A stretch of 64,000 bases of DNA from Nitrosopumilus sp. (GCA_965204345.1 OZ241981.1:192001-256000), one strand, 5' to 3'; shown: positions 21,833 through 32,812, counted from the stretch's first letter. Notes: a model not told the origin generated them from the letters alone. Made by a program: numbers and translations.

Positions 21833-22183
21833 GTGATAAAATTGCCAAAGCCAAACATCATACAATTATCAGAGTTTGACATTACTCAGAAGATAATAGA
21901 ATCCCTCAGCAATGTTTGCACCCGTTCTGTCCTGTTCTCAGTTAAAGCCGAATCCAAGGATGCAACTCAAATTGCCGATGAATTAAAAATCTCTCTTTCT
22001 ACTGTATACAAAACCTTGGCTACCCTAGAAGATTTGGCACTTGCAGAAGTTGACAAGTATGTGATTTCTGAGGAAGGAAAGAAGATCAAGATGTACCGCA
22101 GCAGAATCGGCAAAGTCGAGATTACTTTGGATGATTTAGAACCTAGTCTGAACTTGTATCCAAACACTAGAAAATCTCACTAG
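21833..22183 (+). CDS. ArsR-like winged-helix regulator (paralog of upstream gene)
   Basis: wHTH pattern ISLSTVYKTL. Confidence 0.85.
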   Translation: MIKLPKPNIIQLSEFDITQKIIESLSNVCTRSVLFSVKAESKDATQIADELKISLSTVYKTLATLEDLALAEVDKYVISEEGKKIKMYRSRIGKVEITLDDLEPSLNLYPNTRKSH

Positions 22184-22299
22184 AATACCAGTATGATAAC
22201 AAGAGGAATATTCTGATTCAAAATGCAAAGGAAAGATAGTTACTGCCCACCATTGAATCCGCACAAAGTCAGAGTTTTGATTTTATGTTCAAAGTTTTT

Positions 22300-22593
22300 T
22301 CAGAAAAACCAACACAGAATACATGTTATGAAATTAACATCTCTGTTTTTTTGTTTTATTTTGGCACGCGTTAGAATTTTAACATCATCTTTTTGTATAT
22401 TTAATTTTTTGTCAACGCACTTTAAAATGGGTTTTGATTGAGTTGAATTATTTTGTGATCACGTGCTTTTGCTTTTCATTATGCGTGATGGAATAACTAA
22501 ATCATGCCCTAATTCAAGAACTTTATCTATCAGATTAGGACAGTTAATTTCATTAAATATTGCAATAATCGCTGCGGCATCTAAAATTTTCAA
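22300..22593 (-). pseudogene. Decayed PIN-domain toxin remnant
   Basis: TTG at 22593 gives MKILDAAAIIAIFNEINCPNLIDKVLELGHDLVIPS..., stop at 22459; downstream fragment DDVKILTRA...FIT. Confidence 0.45.
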
Positions 22594-22607
22594 AATTTAT
22601 CCCAAAA

Positions 22608-23180
22608 TCATAATGCCTCTTCTTTCATTTGTTTAATGACGTGCTCAAGAGGTCTGTTTAATAATTCAGCTGCACGCTGTGCACTTAATTTTTGTTTTTT
22701 TACTAATGAAAGAACATGGTATTCCATATCTGGTTTTAGATTTTCATATTCAACAGATTCTTCAGTCATATCCGGATATGCAGAATAAACATATGCCAAT
22801 AATTCTTTACTGGTAAGATCATTTAAAAATTTCTTATATTCAATTAATGCAGAAATGGTATTCCCATTCTCATTTTTCATCATTTCTTTGGCAATTTCTC
22901 TTCCTTCATTAGTGATAGTAATTTCTCCATTATTACTAGACAAAACACCAATCTGTTCTAAATATTTTGATTCCTCGTCAATCACTTCACTGTAAGGACC
23001 ATAATTGCCAGCACAATAGCTACTCTGTTCTTTAATTTCATCAATTTTATCAGACAGTAAAAACATCATTTTTTGAAGTTTTAATCGTCCTCGTATGGGT
23101 TCGTTGTTAGCATTAGCTAGTAAAATAATGAATTTTTGTAATTGATCAACATGTTCCAATACTTTCTCTTTAATTCCCAT
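22608..23180 (-). CDS. YwgA/SocA(Panacea)-like antitoxin with C-terminal UPF0175-like HTH
   Basis: GRLKLQKMMFL, YGPYS, ELLAYVY..YP; C-terminal LSAQRAAELL. Confidence 0.7.
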   Translation of the reverse strand: MGIKEKVLEHVDQLQKFIILLANANNEPIRGRLKLQKMMFLLSDKIDEIKEQSSYCAGNYGPYSEVIDEESKYLEQIGVLSSNNGEITITNEGREIAKEMMKNENGNTISALIEYKKFLNDLTSKELLAYVYSAYPDMTEESVEYENLKPDMEYHVLSLVKKQKLSAQRAAELLNRPLEHVIKQMKEEAL

Positions 23181-23734
23181 ATGCTACATCTCCTATGAAA
23201 TAATTACTAGTCGGGTATAATATAATACTCTTCAGTGTTTAATCTTGTTTTGCAACTATAATTTTAGGAGAATTTGATTTCCAATCACATGTCCTACAAC
23301 AGCATTCAAAGTTCAACTCAAAAAGATAACATGATGTAAATAAAAGAATGTAATTTCAGATACTTTGAATTGTAATTCCATACTAAAACATCAAGTTGGG
23401 ATAAAATTTCAAACCATGCATTCTCAACAGGACATCATTATTCAAATCAGCTTCACCTGATAAGAAATTTAGATTCAAATGCCATACACCCAAAATCCTC
23501 ACAGGCTGCCAGTAGTCAAAACTGGTTCCAACCTTCACAGACCTGTATTTATCGCCCTAAACAGACTGCCTGTGGCACTGGTTATCAAAAAATATTTTCA
23601 GACCAAATGCGACCCTCATTTTTTGATTGAATAGTCCCAAAAGCCTTTGAGCCTATTCTCATTCTATAGACTTGGAATGATGATTTAGAATGAGGTTTTA
23701 CTTTAAATAATTTAGCTTGCCCTAATTTTTTAAC

Positions 23735-24823
23735 ATGAGACGACAGGTGATTTTAGCATTTGTTGCCGTATCTGCGGTAATTGGCGGCTTGTCTTTACCA
23801 TTCTCTGAAGATGCCCGGGCAGAAAGCCTGATTCCTGATTGGATTAAGGCAAATGCCGGCTGGTGGGCAGCCGGCGAGATAGACGATGAAACTTTTCTAA
23901 ATGGAATCACGTACCTAATAGAAAATCGAATCATTGATGTCTCGTCTGGTTCAGGTGCGATAGACGCTGATACTCTTACAATCGGATTTATTCCAGTTGA
24001 AAAGGCAGATGAGTTAAACTCCAAAGCCAAGGCACTAGAGGCATTTTTAGAGTCCAAACTTGGCATCGATGTAGAAATTGTTGTGCCGACAAACTATGAG
24101 ACCATAATCGAAGGAATGAGATTTGGGCACATTGATGCGGCCTTTATGGATACCGGTCCTGCATGGATTACCCACCAGAGAACCGGTGCAGAAGCTGTAA
24201 TGGCAGAACTAGTTGCAGGCAAGGTAAACTATCAGGCAACTGTATGGGCCTTGTCTGATAATGATTCCATATCTTCCCTGGAGGATACAGTTGGCAAGCG
24301 GGTTGCATTTACTAGCATTACTGGCTCTTCAGGATTTGTCAGGCCCATGGGCACATTGGTTACAGACGGGCATGTGAGCATTGAAGGCGATGACATTGTT
24401 GCCTTAAATTCCGCATTGGCAAAGAATTTTGAGAGCTATACCTTTGCAGGAGGCTACAAGGCTGCCCTGACACTGCTTCTTGAAGACAAGGTAGACGTTG
24501 CATTTGGCTCAGATATTGCCCCGCAAAAATATCTCGAGTCAGAGGATCAGGCAAAGCTGCGCCCAGTCACTACAATCGGACCTGTGCCATCACACGTGTT
24601 TATGGTAAGTGCGGACATGTCAGATTCTACCAAAAATGCCCTAGTTGATGCATTAATCAGACTCAATTATGATGAGAACAATCATATCTTGAGGGATTTG
24701 TACGGCGCAGAAGCGCTAGTCCCGACTACAACTACTATGCATATTGGAGAATTTGGAACATTCATTGATGCACTCACAGGGCTTGATCAGAAGATTCTTG
24801 ACAAGTACAACAAGAGCAAATAA
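23735..24823 (+). CDS. phnD: Phosphonate/phosphite ABC transporter substrate-binding protein
   Basis: TIGFIP.E, YETIIEGM, S.TGSSG; N-terminal IPDWIKANAGWW domain. Confidence 0.9.
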   Translation: MRRQVILAFVAVSAVIGGLSLPFSEDARAESLIPDWIKANAGWWAAGEIDDETFLNGITYLIENRIIDVSSGSGAIDADTLTIGFIPVEKADELNSKAKALEAFLESKLGIDVEIVVPTNYETIIEGMRFGHIDAAFMDTGPAWITHQRTGAEAVMAELVAGKVNYQATVWALSDNDSISSLEDTVGKRVAFTSITGSSGFVRPMGTLVTDGHVSIEGDDIVALNSALAKNFESYTFAGGYKAALTLLLEDKVDVAFGSDIAPQKYLESEDQAKLRPVTTIGPVPSHVFMVSADMSDSTKNALVDALIRLNYDENNHILRDLYGAEALVPTTTTMHIGEFGTFIDALTGLDQKILDKYNKSK

Positions 24824-24840
24824 AGCCTGGGATTTCCAAA

Positions 24841-25668
24841 ATGAAACAAATTCGAATGTCCCAAAACCCCCCTCTTTCATTAATTTCTACAAACAAGATT
24901 ATCCAAATGAGCGATGTCTGGACCTCTTATGATTCCAAAAGTTTTGCCTTGGAGGGAGTAAATCTATCCATTGACAGGGGAACAAATTATGCCATTGTTG
25001 GCCAATCCGGCTCTGGCAAATCCACCTTGCTGAAACTGATAAATGGCATGATGATTCCAAGCAAAGGTATAATCAAAATTGACTATGAAACTCCCGACAT
25101 AAATGATAAAAAATTTAAAAAAATGATGCACACTATAGGGTACATTCCACAAAGCCTTGGCCTGATCAAAAACATCTCAGTTATTGAAAATATTCTGGTT
25201 GGCGCGCTGCCTAGACTGACCACGACCCAATCCCTGCTCAAAAAATTCCCTGATCATGAAATCAGGGAGGCAAAAAGAATCATGTCCCTTGTCGGTCTGT
25301 CTGGCAAAGAGCAAAGAAAGGCGCACATGCTAAGTGGCGGTGAAAAACGCAGAGTCGCAATTGCCAGAGCACTGATGCAAAAGCCCTCAATACTGCTTGC
25401 AGACGAGATTGTCTCTGAGCTAGATCACGTCACTGCACGCGAGATAATGAACCTGATTGCCGATGCGCAAAAAAGAATGAATCTGACTGCCATTATGGTG
25501 CATCATGACATGAAGTTGGCATTAGAGTATGCAAATCGCGTTGCCGTAATTAAGGAAGGCAGCAAAATCTTGGAAATTGGCGTCGAAGGGGATACCATAG
25601 TCGATTTCCAAACTGGCGATTTGAACACTGAGGAAATCATGGAGATGTATGATGACTCCAAAAAGTAA
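24841..25668 (+). CDS. phnC: Phosphonate ABC transporter ATPase
   Basis: GQSGSGKS, LSGGE, LLADE. Confidence 0.9.
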   Translation: MKQIRMSQNPPLSLISTNKIIQMSDVWTSYDSKSFALEGVNLSIDRGTNYAIVGQSGSGKSTLLKLINGMMIPSKGIIKIDYETPDINDKKFKKMMHTIGYIPQSLGLIKNISVIENILVGALPRLTTTQSLLKKFPDHEIREAKRIMSLVGLSGKEQRKAHMLSGGEKRRVAIARALMQKPSILLADEIVSELDHVTAREIMNLIADAQKRMNLTAIMVHHDMKLALEYANRVAVIKEGSKILEIGVEGDTIVDFQTGDLNTEEIMEMYDDSKK

Positions 25669-26455
25669 CCTCATCATCGGGATTATTGTTGCATTGATAG
25701 CAGTTGCGTCCTATAATGTCGATGCAAATCCTCTGGAATTTGCCGGGGGAATTCCCAATCTGGTCATTGTTTTAGAAGAGGTTCTTGTTTTAGAAAATAT
25801 TGTCGAGAATCTAAAGTATGTCCCAACAGCTTTTTGGGCAATGCTTGAGACATTACAGATGGCATTTATTGGAACTGTGATCGGCGTTGTAATCGCACTG
25901 CCCTTTAGCATGCTTGCTGCAAGAAACCTAAACAACAAGTTTGTTTATGCCCCAATCCGGGCATTGCTGGCAGCTATTCGAACGTTTCCTTCCATTTTGT
26001 GGGCACTCTTGTTTGTCATCATGGTTGGTCTGGGACCATTTGCAGGTGTCTTGGCCATTGTCATGTATACGATTGGATTTGTGACAAAGCTGCAATACGA
26101 GTCCATTGAGACCATTGATTCGGAGCCCATGGATGCCATAAGTTCCATTGGTGTTTCAAAACTGCAGTTAATCCGATACGTTGTAATTCCGGAATCTGCC
26201 TCCCATCTTCTCGGACAGATGCTTTACATGTTTGACTATAACGTGCGTCAGACCAGCATTCTTGGAATTGTAGGTGCCGGGGGGATTGGATTCTTTATCA
26301 TAGAGTATATCAAATTCTTTGAGTATGGAAAGGCTGCCGTCTTTATGGCTGTCGTACTAGTCACCGTCCTAGTTATTGATTGGGCAAGCGTCAAGATTCG
26401 TGACAGGTATATTGTAAAATCCCAGCACGGCATGGAAGCTGCTGTAAAAAAATAG
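25649..26455 (+). CDS. phnE: Phosphonate ABC transporter permease
   Basis: ETLQMAF, RTFP, NVRQTSILGIVGAGGIG. Confidence 0.92.
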   Translation: MMTPKSNLIIGIIVALIAVASYNVDANPLEFAGGIPNLVIVLEEVLVLENIVENLKYVPTAFWAMLETLQMAFIGTVIGVVIALPFSMLAARNLNNKFVYAPIRALLAAIRTFPSILWALLFVIMVGLGPFAGVLAIVMYTIGFVTKLQYESIETIDSEPMDAISSIGVSKLQLIRYVVIPESASHLLGQMLYMFDYNVRQTSILGIVGAGGIGFFIIEYIKFFEYGKAAVFMAVVLVTVLVIDWASVKIRDRYIVKSQHGMEAAVKK

Positions 26456-26459
26456 CCTT

Positions 26460-27485
26460 TTAGGTCGTAATCTTATCTAGCTGGTTTGATTTTGTTGCAG
26501 TCCTTACCTCTCTTGCGATTCTTTTGCCCATGCTCATTGTTTCATTAAACAGCAGTGAATAGTAGGGGGAACCATCCATGTAGATGTTTGATCCCGCAAC
26601 TATTCTTGCTGAAAATTCAAACGAGGTAAACCTTGCATTCTCATCGTATACTCCCTCTATGCAGAACGGCCCGTTCATTCCCGGTGCCACGACCCTTTTT
26701 GCAGCCTCTACAAAGTTTTCCCCCATTTTGTATACCTCATCTAGCAATGATTCGCGCAAAACAAGGGGGCTGTTGCCAATTACATTAAATGACGGAACCT
26801 TCTCTGACTTGATTTGCTGCCCTGCAGGAATCCTTCCCAGTCCCTCAATGTCTGACTCGTGCCGCTGATCAACTCCAAAAAACTCCAACTCTTCTTTTAG
26901 CGGCGAATAAAAGAATGTCAGGTAGGCCAAAACCCCTGCGGCATACTCTTGGATGTACAATGTTTCATCCTTGGAGATTGTTCCCTCTGAGATAAGCTGG
27001 TTCCTTTTGGCATGATAGTCATCCTCGCTGGCTGCCATAAAGTAGCCCTTTCCGCCTGCGGCGCCCTGTCTTTTAACAATGGACAGTTTTTCAATATCTT
27101 TAGGATTTGTAACTGGTTCTGGCATTGGGAGCTTTGCCTCTGCCATGAGCTTTTCCTTCATCTCCCTGTCTGATTCCCATCTTAGAATCCACTTGTTTCC
27201 AAATACTGGAGTTTTAATCGATTCAATCTCCTCAGAACTCATCTGGGCAACTAGTGTTCCATGCGGAATCAGGACGGCATTATTTTCTTCAAGGGTTTTT
27301 TGACACCTTTGATCAAGCACCTCCTTGAATGAATCCACGATAATCAGTTCGTCAATAAATGGGAATCTTTTGTATAACTTTTCACGTTTTTTTTCACATA
27401 CCAGAATTGTCTTTAGGCCTTCGTCTTTTGCGCCCTTTAGAACTTGTAAAGAACAGTGGGAGCCCAGCGTAGCTATGGAGGTCAT
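26460..27485 (-). CDS. purP: Formate-phosphoribosylaminoimidazolecarboxamide ligase (PurP family)
   Basis: IATLGSHCSL, GGKGYF, FEFSARIVAG, MSMGKRIA. Confidence 0.92.
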   Translation of the reverse strand: MTSIATLGSHCSLQVLKGAKDEGLKTILVCEKKREKLYKRFPFIDELIIVDSFKEVLDQRCQKTLEENNAVLIPHGTLVAQMSSEEIESIKTPVFGNKWILRWESDREMKEKLMAEAKLPMPEPVTNPKDIEKLSIVKRQGAAGGKGYFMAASEDDYHAKRNQLISEGTISKDETLYIQEYAAGVLAYLTFFYSPLKEELEFFGVDQRHESDIEGLGRIPAGQQIKSEKVPSFNVIGNSPLVLRESLLDEVYKMGENFVEAAKRVVAPGMNGPFCIEGVYDENARFTSFEFSARIVAGSNIYMDGSPYYSLLFNETMSMGKRIAREVRTATKSNQLDKITT

Positions 27486-27511
27486 TGATACTCTAGGTGT
27501 CGTTTTGTACT

Positions 27512-27721
27512 TTATGAATTATGTGCAAAAGTGACATACTGGAATACCTCGTCTATTAGCTCCACGCTTAGCTCTGGCTTTATGTTTTCTGGAATTACTT
27601 TTAATATAAAATCATACATTGTTGTATTTTTGGGCAGCTCGTCTCTTTCTTGTAATAGTGAAAAAACCGCAATTCCATTTGAGATTACTGCAATCATTTT
27701 TTCCTTATCTGATAGTGTCAT
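27512..27721 (-). CDS. Conserved hypothetical protein
   Basis: 69-aa ORF co-oriented with purP. Confidence 0.7.
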   Translation of the reverse strand: MTLSDKEKMIAVISNGIAVFSLLQERDELPKNTTMYDFILKVIPENIKPELSVELIDEVFQYVTFAHNS

Positions 27722-27742
27722 GGCTATGAATGCTGGTGTAAT

Positions 27743-27952
27743 TTAATACAAGTTCGGCACCAAGATATCTATGACTGATCTGCCCTGCTCTGGATTTTGA
27801 GGGATTTGAACCGTGTTTGAATCCTCGCTGAGAGCCTCTAGATTAACAGTTGCATCATGCCCTTCTGCGGGGACATCCTGTGATGCGTGATATCCGACAT
27901 ATGCCCCGACTATGATAAACATTGCAATTACTAGCCCCATTAAGACCATCAT
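27743..27952 (-). CDS. Small membrane protein
   Basis: N-terminal TM helix. Confidence 0.5.
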   Translation of the reverse strand: MMVLMGLVIAMFIIVGAYVGYHASQDVPAEGHDATVNLEALSEDSNTVQIPQNPEQGRSVIDILVPNLY

Positions 27953-28062
27953 CTTGCTTTGTTGTGGAATTTTTGCAGGCTATAAGCATTATGAAAATTA
28001 AGGAAATGGTACATTATTTTGTGTAAAAAATAATAACACCTGACTTGAAGACAAATTAAATC

Positions 28063-29373
28063 ATGATAGAAACTGAACTGGGGTCATTGCGTAGAACTCA
28101 CTATTCAAATGAGATCAATCCGGGGATGGATGGAACCTCAGTCACCATCATGGGCTGGGTCTTGACAATTAGGGGGCATGGAAATATCAGTTTTGGTACA
28201 ATTCGTGACAAAAACGGGGATCTCTCAATCGTAGCAAAAAAGGGGGATTGTCCTGATCAAATACGTGAAAAAATTTCTTCCCTAAAGGCACATTCTTCAA
28301 TTGCAATTACTGGCAATGTCAAGGCATCAGAGAAAGCCCCAAGCGGATTTGAGATCATTCCCACAGAATTGCGTGTCTTCTCAGATGTTGAAAAAACGCC
28401 TCCCTTTGAGCCCACAGTCAAAACTGTAAAGAATATCGATACCAGACTTGAAGTCAGACCCATTGATCTTAGACGTGAGATGTTGCAGCATATCTTTAAG
28501 ACCAGAAGTCTAGTCTTAAAATCCATCAGAGAATACCTTGGCAATCAGAATTTTGTTGAAATCAATACCCCAAAAATAATCGCAACTGCCACAGAGGGCG
28601 GCGCTGCACTGTTTCCAATCTTTTATTATAACAAGGAGGCATTTTTAGCTCAGAGTCCCCAGCTGTACAAGGAACAGCTGACCATGAGTTTTGAGAAGGT
28701 ATTTGAGATTGCCCCCATTTTTAGGGCAGAGCCTTCTAGAACAAACCGTCACTTGGCAGAAGCAATCTCCATTGATTTGGAGGAGGCATTTGTTGATTAC
28801 AATGACGTAATGAACAGAATCGAAGAGATTGTCAAAATTTCCATCCGGGCCGTCCATGATTATGCAAAAGACAACCAGACTGCTGAATTCACGCTGCCTG
28901 ATGTTGTTGAGACGATTCCGAGATATACCTATGATGACCTAGTTGATAAAATGCAAAGGGCAGGTGCAAAAACTGAATGGGGCGATGATCTGTACCCTTC
29001 AAATCTTAAAAAAATTGGTCTTGAAGGATTTTATTTTATTACCGACTGGCCTTTGGCTCCCAAGCCCTTTTACGTAAAAGACAGCAAAGCAAACCCCAAG
29101 GTTTCCGAATCCTTTGACCTGATGTTTGGGGATTTGGAGCTATCCTCAGGCAGTACCAGGATTGAAAAGCGTGATGAGCTAACTCAACGAATGAAGAACA
29201 AGGGCATGAAGACTGACACGTTTGAGTATCACCTTGGCGCGTTTGATTATGGCGTCCCTCCTCACGCCGGCTGCGGCATTGGTCTTGAGCGGCTCATAAT
29301 GGCACTTACAGGCACAGAAAATATCAGAGACGTAACGTTTTATCCAAGAGACGTTGATAGGTTGACACCCTAG
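28063..29373 (+). CDS. aspS: Aspartate-tRNA(Asp/Asn) ligase
   Basis: OB fold, LAQSPQLYK, FRAE, GIGLER; linked to gatCAB. Confidence 0.97.
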   Translation: MIETELGSLRRTHYSNEINPGMDGTSVTIMGWVLTIRGHGNISFGTIRDKNGDLSIVAKKGDCPDQIREKISSLKAHSSIAITGNVKASEKAPSGFEIIPTELRVFSDVEKTPPFEPTVKTVKNIDTRLEVRPIDLRREMLQHIFKTRSLVLKSIREYLGNQNFVEINTPKIIATATEGGAALFPIFYYNKEAFLAQSPQLYKEQLTMSFEKVFEIAPIFRAEPSRTNRHLAEAISIDLEEAFVDYNDVMNRIEEIVKISIRAVHDYAKDNQTAEFTLPDVVETIPRYTYDDLVDKMQRAGAKTEWGDDLYPSNLKKIGLEGFYFITDWPLAPKPFYVKDSKANPKVSESFDLMFGDLELSSGSTRIEKRDELTQRMKNKGMKTDTFEYHLGAFDYGVPPHAGCGIGLERLIMALTGTENIRDVTFYPRDVDRLTP

Positions 29374-29382
29374 GTGTATTGT

Positions 29383-29652
29383 ATGGTTACAGAAGAAGAG
29401 ATAGAGCACGTGTCAAAATTGATGCGAATAGATATCGATGATCATAAGGAATATGTTGAAAAAGTACACATGATGATTAAATATTTTGATATTTTGGATT
29501 CAGCAGGTGTAGAGTCTGAAGAAATCTCAATGCCTGAAACCTCGCTTTCAAGTCTGAGAAAAGACAAGCACGTGCAGTTTGATGATAAGTTAATTGAAAA
29601 GCTAAACCACTACAAGGGAACGTACATTCGTGCACCAAAGATGTCTTCATGA
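29383..29652 (+). CDS. gatC: Asp/Glu-tRNA amidotransferase subunit C
   Basis: MVTEEEIEHVSKL...LR.D...YIRAPK; position in operon. Confidence 0.9.
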   Translation: MVTEEEIEHVSKLMRIDIDDHKEYVEKVHMMIKYFDILDSAGVESEEISMPETSLSSLRKDKHVQFDDKLIEKLNHYKGTYIRAPKMSS

Positions 29653-31094
29653 ATCTCAAAATATCTGCCCTTGACTATGTTCGGGAAGTAAAATCTGGAA
29701 ATATCTCTGCAGAGGACTTTGCTGCAAGAACCCTTGAGAGAATCCAGAGTGTTGATGAGGACCTTCACGCATTTTTATCTGTAAATAGCAATGCCGTCAA
29801 TCAGGCCCGCCAAATTGACAAGAAAATCAAATCAGGACAAAGTGTTGGCAGCTGTCTTGGAATGCCAATATCAATCAAGGACAACATCTGCATTAAAGAC
29901 TCTAAAACTACATGCGCATCAAAGATGCTTGAGGACTTTGTTGCACCGTATGATGCCACTGTAATTGCAAAGCTAAAACAGCAAGACGCAGTCTTTGTTG
30001 GCAAGACCAACATGGATGAATTTGCAATGGGACTAACTACTGAGTTTAGTGCGTTTGGTCCTAGCAAAAACCCTTGGAATCCCGATTATGTCCCAGGCGG
30101 TTCCTCCGGCGGTAGTGCCGTTTCAGTAAGTGCCTTTGAGTGTGTCATGTCCCTTGGCTCAGACACTGGCGGCTCTGTTAGAAATCCTGCCAGCTTTTGC
30201 TCCACTGTAGGTTACAAGCCAACATATGGCCTGATTAGCAGGTATGGACTGATCTCCTATGCCAACAGTATCGAACAGATTGGCCCCCTAACTAGAACAG
30301 TCAAAGACAGCGCGTTTATGCTAAACCTGATTTCTGGAATTGATCCCAATGATAACACCACCATAGATAATCACAACGAAGACTATCTTGCAGGCATTGA
30401 TTCCGGCATTGAGGGCAAAAAAATAGGAATAATCAAGGAGATGATCGGGGATGGGATTGATTCAGCAGTATTATCTGCAACCAGGGATGCCGTTTCAAAA
30501 CTAGAGGGTCTTGGGGCAGCATGTGAGGAAATATCCCTGGAAATGGTAAAATATTCAGTTGCAGCATACTATACAATTACTGCCACCGAGGCTGGCAGCA
30601 ATCTTGCACGATATGACAATATCAGATATGGCTATGACTTTCCACTTGAGGGTTATGAGTTTAATTCCTACATCTCAAAGGCCAGGCACAACTTTGGACC
30701 TGAGGTGACCCGAAGAATGATAATTGGAGGCTTTGTTCCATCTGCGGGACATGCAGGAAAGTATTTCCTAAAAGCATTAAAAGTAAAAAGCAAGCTTACA
30801 AAGGAGATAAACGAGGCATTTAAAAAATTTGACCTGCTGATTGCGCCCACTGTCCCAATACCGCCATTTAAGCTAGGTGAAAAAATCGATGATCCCGTAT
30901 CCTTGTTTCTGATTGACATTAACACCGTAACTGCCAACCTTACCGGCAAGCCTGCAATCTCAGTTCCTTTTGCAAATTCAGCAGGACTGCCAATCGGAAT
31001 TCAGCTGATGGCAAATTCCATGAACGACAAGCTGTTACTGCAGGCAGCATATGCCTTGGAACAGACCGTCTCCTTGCCGGAGGTTCCATTATGA
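29649..31094 (+). CDS. gatA: Asp/Glu-tRNA amidotransferase subunit A
   Basis: Amidase signature GGSSGGSA, GSDTGGSVR. Confidence 0.97.
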   Translation: MNLKISALDYVREVKSGNISAEDFAARTLERIQSVDEDLHAFLSVNSNAVNQARQIDKKIKSGQSVGSCLGMPISIKDNICIKDSKTTCASKMLEDFVAPYDATVIAKLKQQDAVFVGKTNMDEFAMGLTTEFSAFGPSKNPWNPDYVPGGSSGGSAVSVSAFECVMSLGSDTGGSVRNPASFCSTVGYKPTYGLISRYGLISYANSIEQIGPLTRTVKDSAFMLNLISGIDPNDNTTIDNHNEDYLAGIDSGIEGKKIGIIKEMIGDGIDSAVLSATRDAVSKLEGLGAACEEISLEMVKYSVAAYYTITATEAGSNLARYDNIRYGYDFPLEGYEFNSYISKARHNFGPEVTRRMIIGGFVPSAGHAGKYFLKALKVKSKLTKEINEAFKKFDLLIAPTVPIPPFKLGEKIDDPVSLFLIDINTVTANLTGKPAISVPFANSAGLPIGIQLMANSMNDKLLLQAAYALEQTVSLPEVPL

Positions 31095-32497
31095 CTATGA
31101 TTGGATTGGAAATTCACTGCCAACTAACTAACCTAAATAGCAAGCTGTTTTGCCCATGCAAGGCAAATTACCGTGAACTAAAAATCAATGAGAACATCTG
31201 TCCTGTCTGTGTAGGGCTGCCTGGAAGCCTGCCTAGGTTAAACCAAGAGGCAGTCAAAAAAGCAACAGTAATTGCCATGGCACTAAACTGTTCCATTCCT
31301 GAAAAGATTGCGTTTTTTAGAAAAAATTATTTCTATCCAGACTCTCCAAAAAATTTCCAGATCACACAGCTGAATATTTATGGCAATACCAGCGTTGGGG
31401 GTACCGGCTCAGTTATGGTAGGCGATAAAAAAATCAGAATCACGCGAATTCAGCTAGAAGAGGATCCGGGCCGTCTGATTTACGAGGGCAGTTCTGCCAA
31501 AAATCAGATAACCCTAGTTGATTACAACCGGGCAGGTACGCCTCTAGTGGAGATAGTAACAGAGCCTGATTTTGAAACCCCAAAGGAAGTGAGGGACTTT
31601 CTTAACATTTTATCTGACCTTCTTGCAAACCTTGGCGTAGCAGACCCCAGTTTGGAGGGTGCCATGAGGGCTGATGCCAACGTCTCAATTCAGGGCGGCA
31701 AAAAAGTCGAAATTAAGAACATCGGCTCCTTTCATGATTTAGAAAAGGCCGTCCACTTTGAGATTACAAGACAGGAAAGCCTGAATTCCAGAGGCATAGA
31801 AATCATTCAGGAAACCCGCCACTGGGACGACAGGAGAAAAATTACTGTTTCTTCCCGTTCTAAGGAAGAGGATCTTGACTATCGTTATTTCTTAGAGGGG
31901 GACATTCCATGGATTAGGATGGATTCTGAAATTCAAAAGACACTCAAATCCGAGATGCCTGAGAGCATCAGCTCCAAAAAAGAGCGGTACGTTTCCAAAT
32001 ATTGCATCCCTCCCCAGGTCGCAGACGTCTTATCATCTGACAAGTATTACTCTGATCTGTTTGAGGAATCCCATACCGCATCCAATGCAAAAGAAGTCGC
32101 AAATATTATTACAACAGAGTTGATGGGACTAGTAGATACCCGGGAAAAACGGGAATCATCCAAGCTTTCATCCAAACATCTCAGGGAATTGGCAGATTCC
32201 ATTAAATCCGGTAGAATTTCCAGAAATTCATCCAAAAATGCACTGCATGAAATTTTAAAGACAGGCAAGGAACTCTCCGTTGTTATCTCAGAGCTAGACC
32301 TTGGAAATGTTTCTGATGCAGATGAATTGCAGGATATTATTGCACAGATAATCTCTGAGGAGGCATCTGCTGTAGAACAGGCAAGATCAAATCCCCAGGC
32401 AATCAATTATCTGGTAGGCAAAGTCATGCAAAAGACGAGGGGAAAGGCAGATCCTGCATTAACGTTGGATTTATTGAAGAAGCAAATTGAGACCTGA
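31091..32497 (+). CDS. gatB: Asp/Glu-tRNA amidotransferase subunit B
   Basis: IGLEIHCQL, RKNYFYPD, DYNRAGTPLVEIV. Confidence 0.97.
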   Translation: MTMIGLEIHCQLTNLNSKLFCPCKANYRELKINENICPVCVGLPGSLPRLNQEAVKKATVIAMALNCSIPEKIAFFRKNYFYPDSPKNFQITQLNIYGNTSVGGTGSVMVGDKKIRITRIQLEEDPGRLIYEGSSAKNQITLVDYNRAGTPLVEIVTEPDFETPKEVRDFLNILSDLLANLGVADPSLEGAMRADANVSIQGGKKVEIKNIGSFHDLEKAVHFEITRQESLNSRGIEIIQETRHWDDRRKITVSSRSKEEDLDYRYFLEGDIPWIRMDSEIQKTLKSEMPESISSKKERYVSKYCIPPQVADVLSSDKYYSDLFEESHTASNAKEVANIITTELMGLVDTREKRESSKLSSKHLRELADSIKSGRISRNSSKNALHEILKTGKELSVVISELDLGNVSDADELQDIIAQIISEEASAVEQARSNPQAINYLVGKVMQKTRGKADPALTLDLLKKQIET

Positions 32498-32760
32498 TGG
32501 CTGATCTTTCCTTGGAAAATATTGAATTTATCAAGATTCTAGCTGCATCTGATGCAACCATTCTTCAGGCAGGGATAAATGACGCCACTAGGCACAGGTT
32601 GGATGGTGAGATAGGCGTTATTTTACGGGAATATTACCGTGAAAATACAATGGGTGCCAAAACCGGCTGGACTCAAAAGTTACTTGATGCCGGAATAGAC
32701 GAGGATGCAGGCAAGGCAGCTATTGCATGTGCCAGACGCCTTGGTATTGATATTTCTTGA
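32497..32760 (+). CDS. Conserved hypothetical protein
   Basis: Overlaps gatB stop. Confidence 0.75.
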   Translation: MADLSLENIEFIKILAASDATILQAGINDATRHRLDGEIGVILREYYRENTMGAKTGWTQKLLDAGIDEDAGKAAIACARRLGIDIS

Positions 32761-32812
32761 GAGAGAGATAAAAAAAATCTTTTTACCCTCCTAGGTTTTA
32801 AAAAACTAAACC

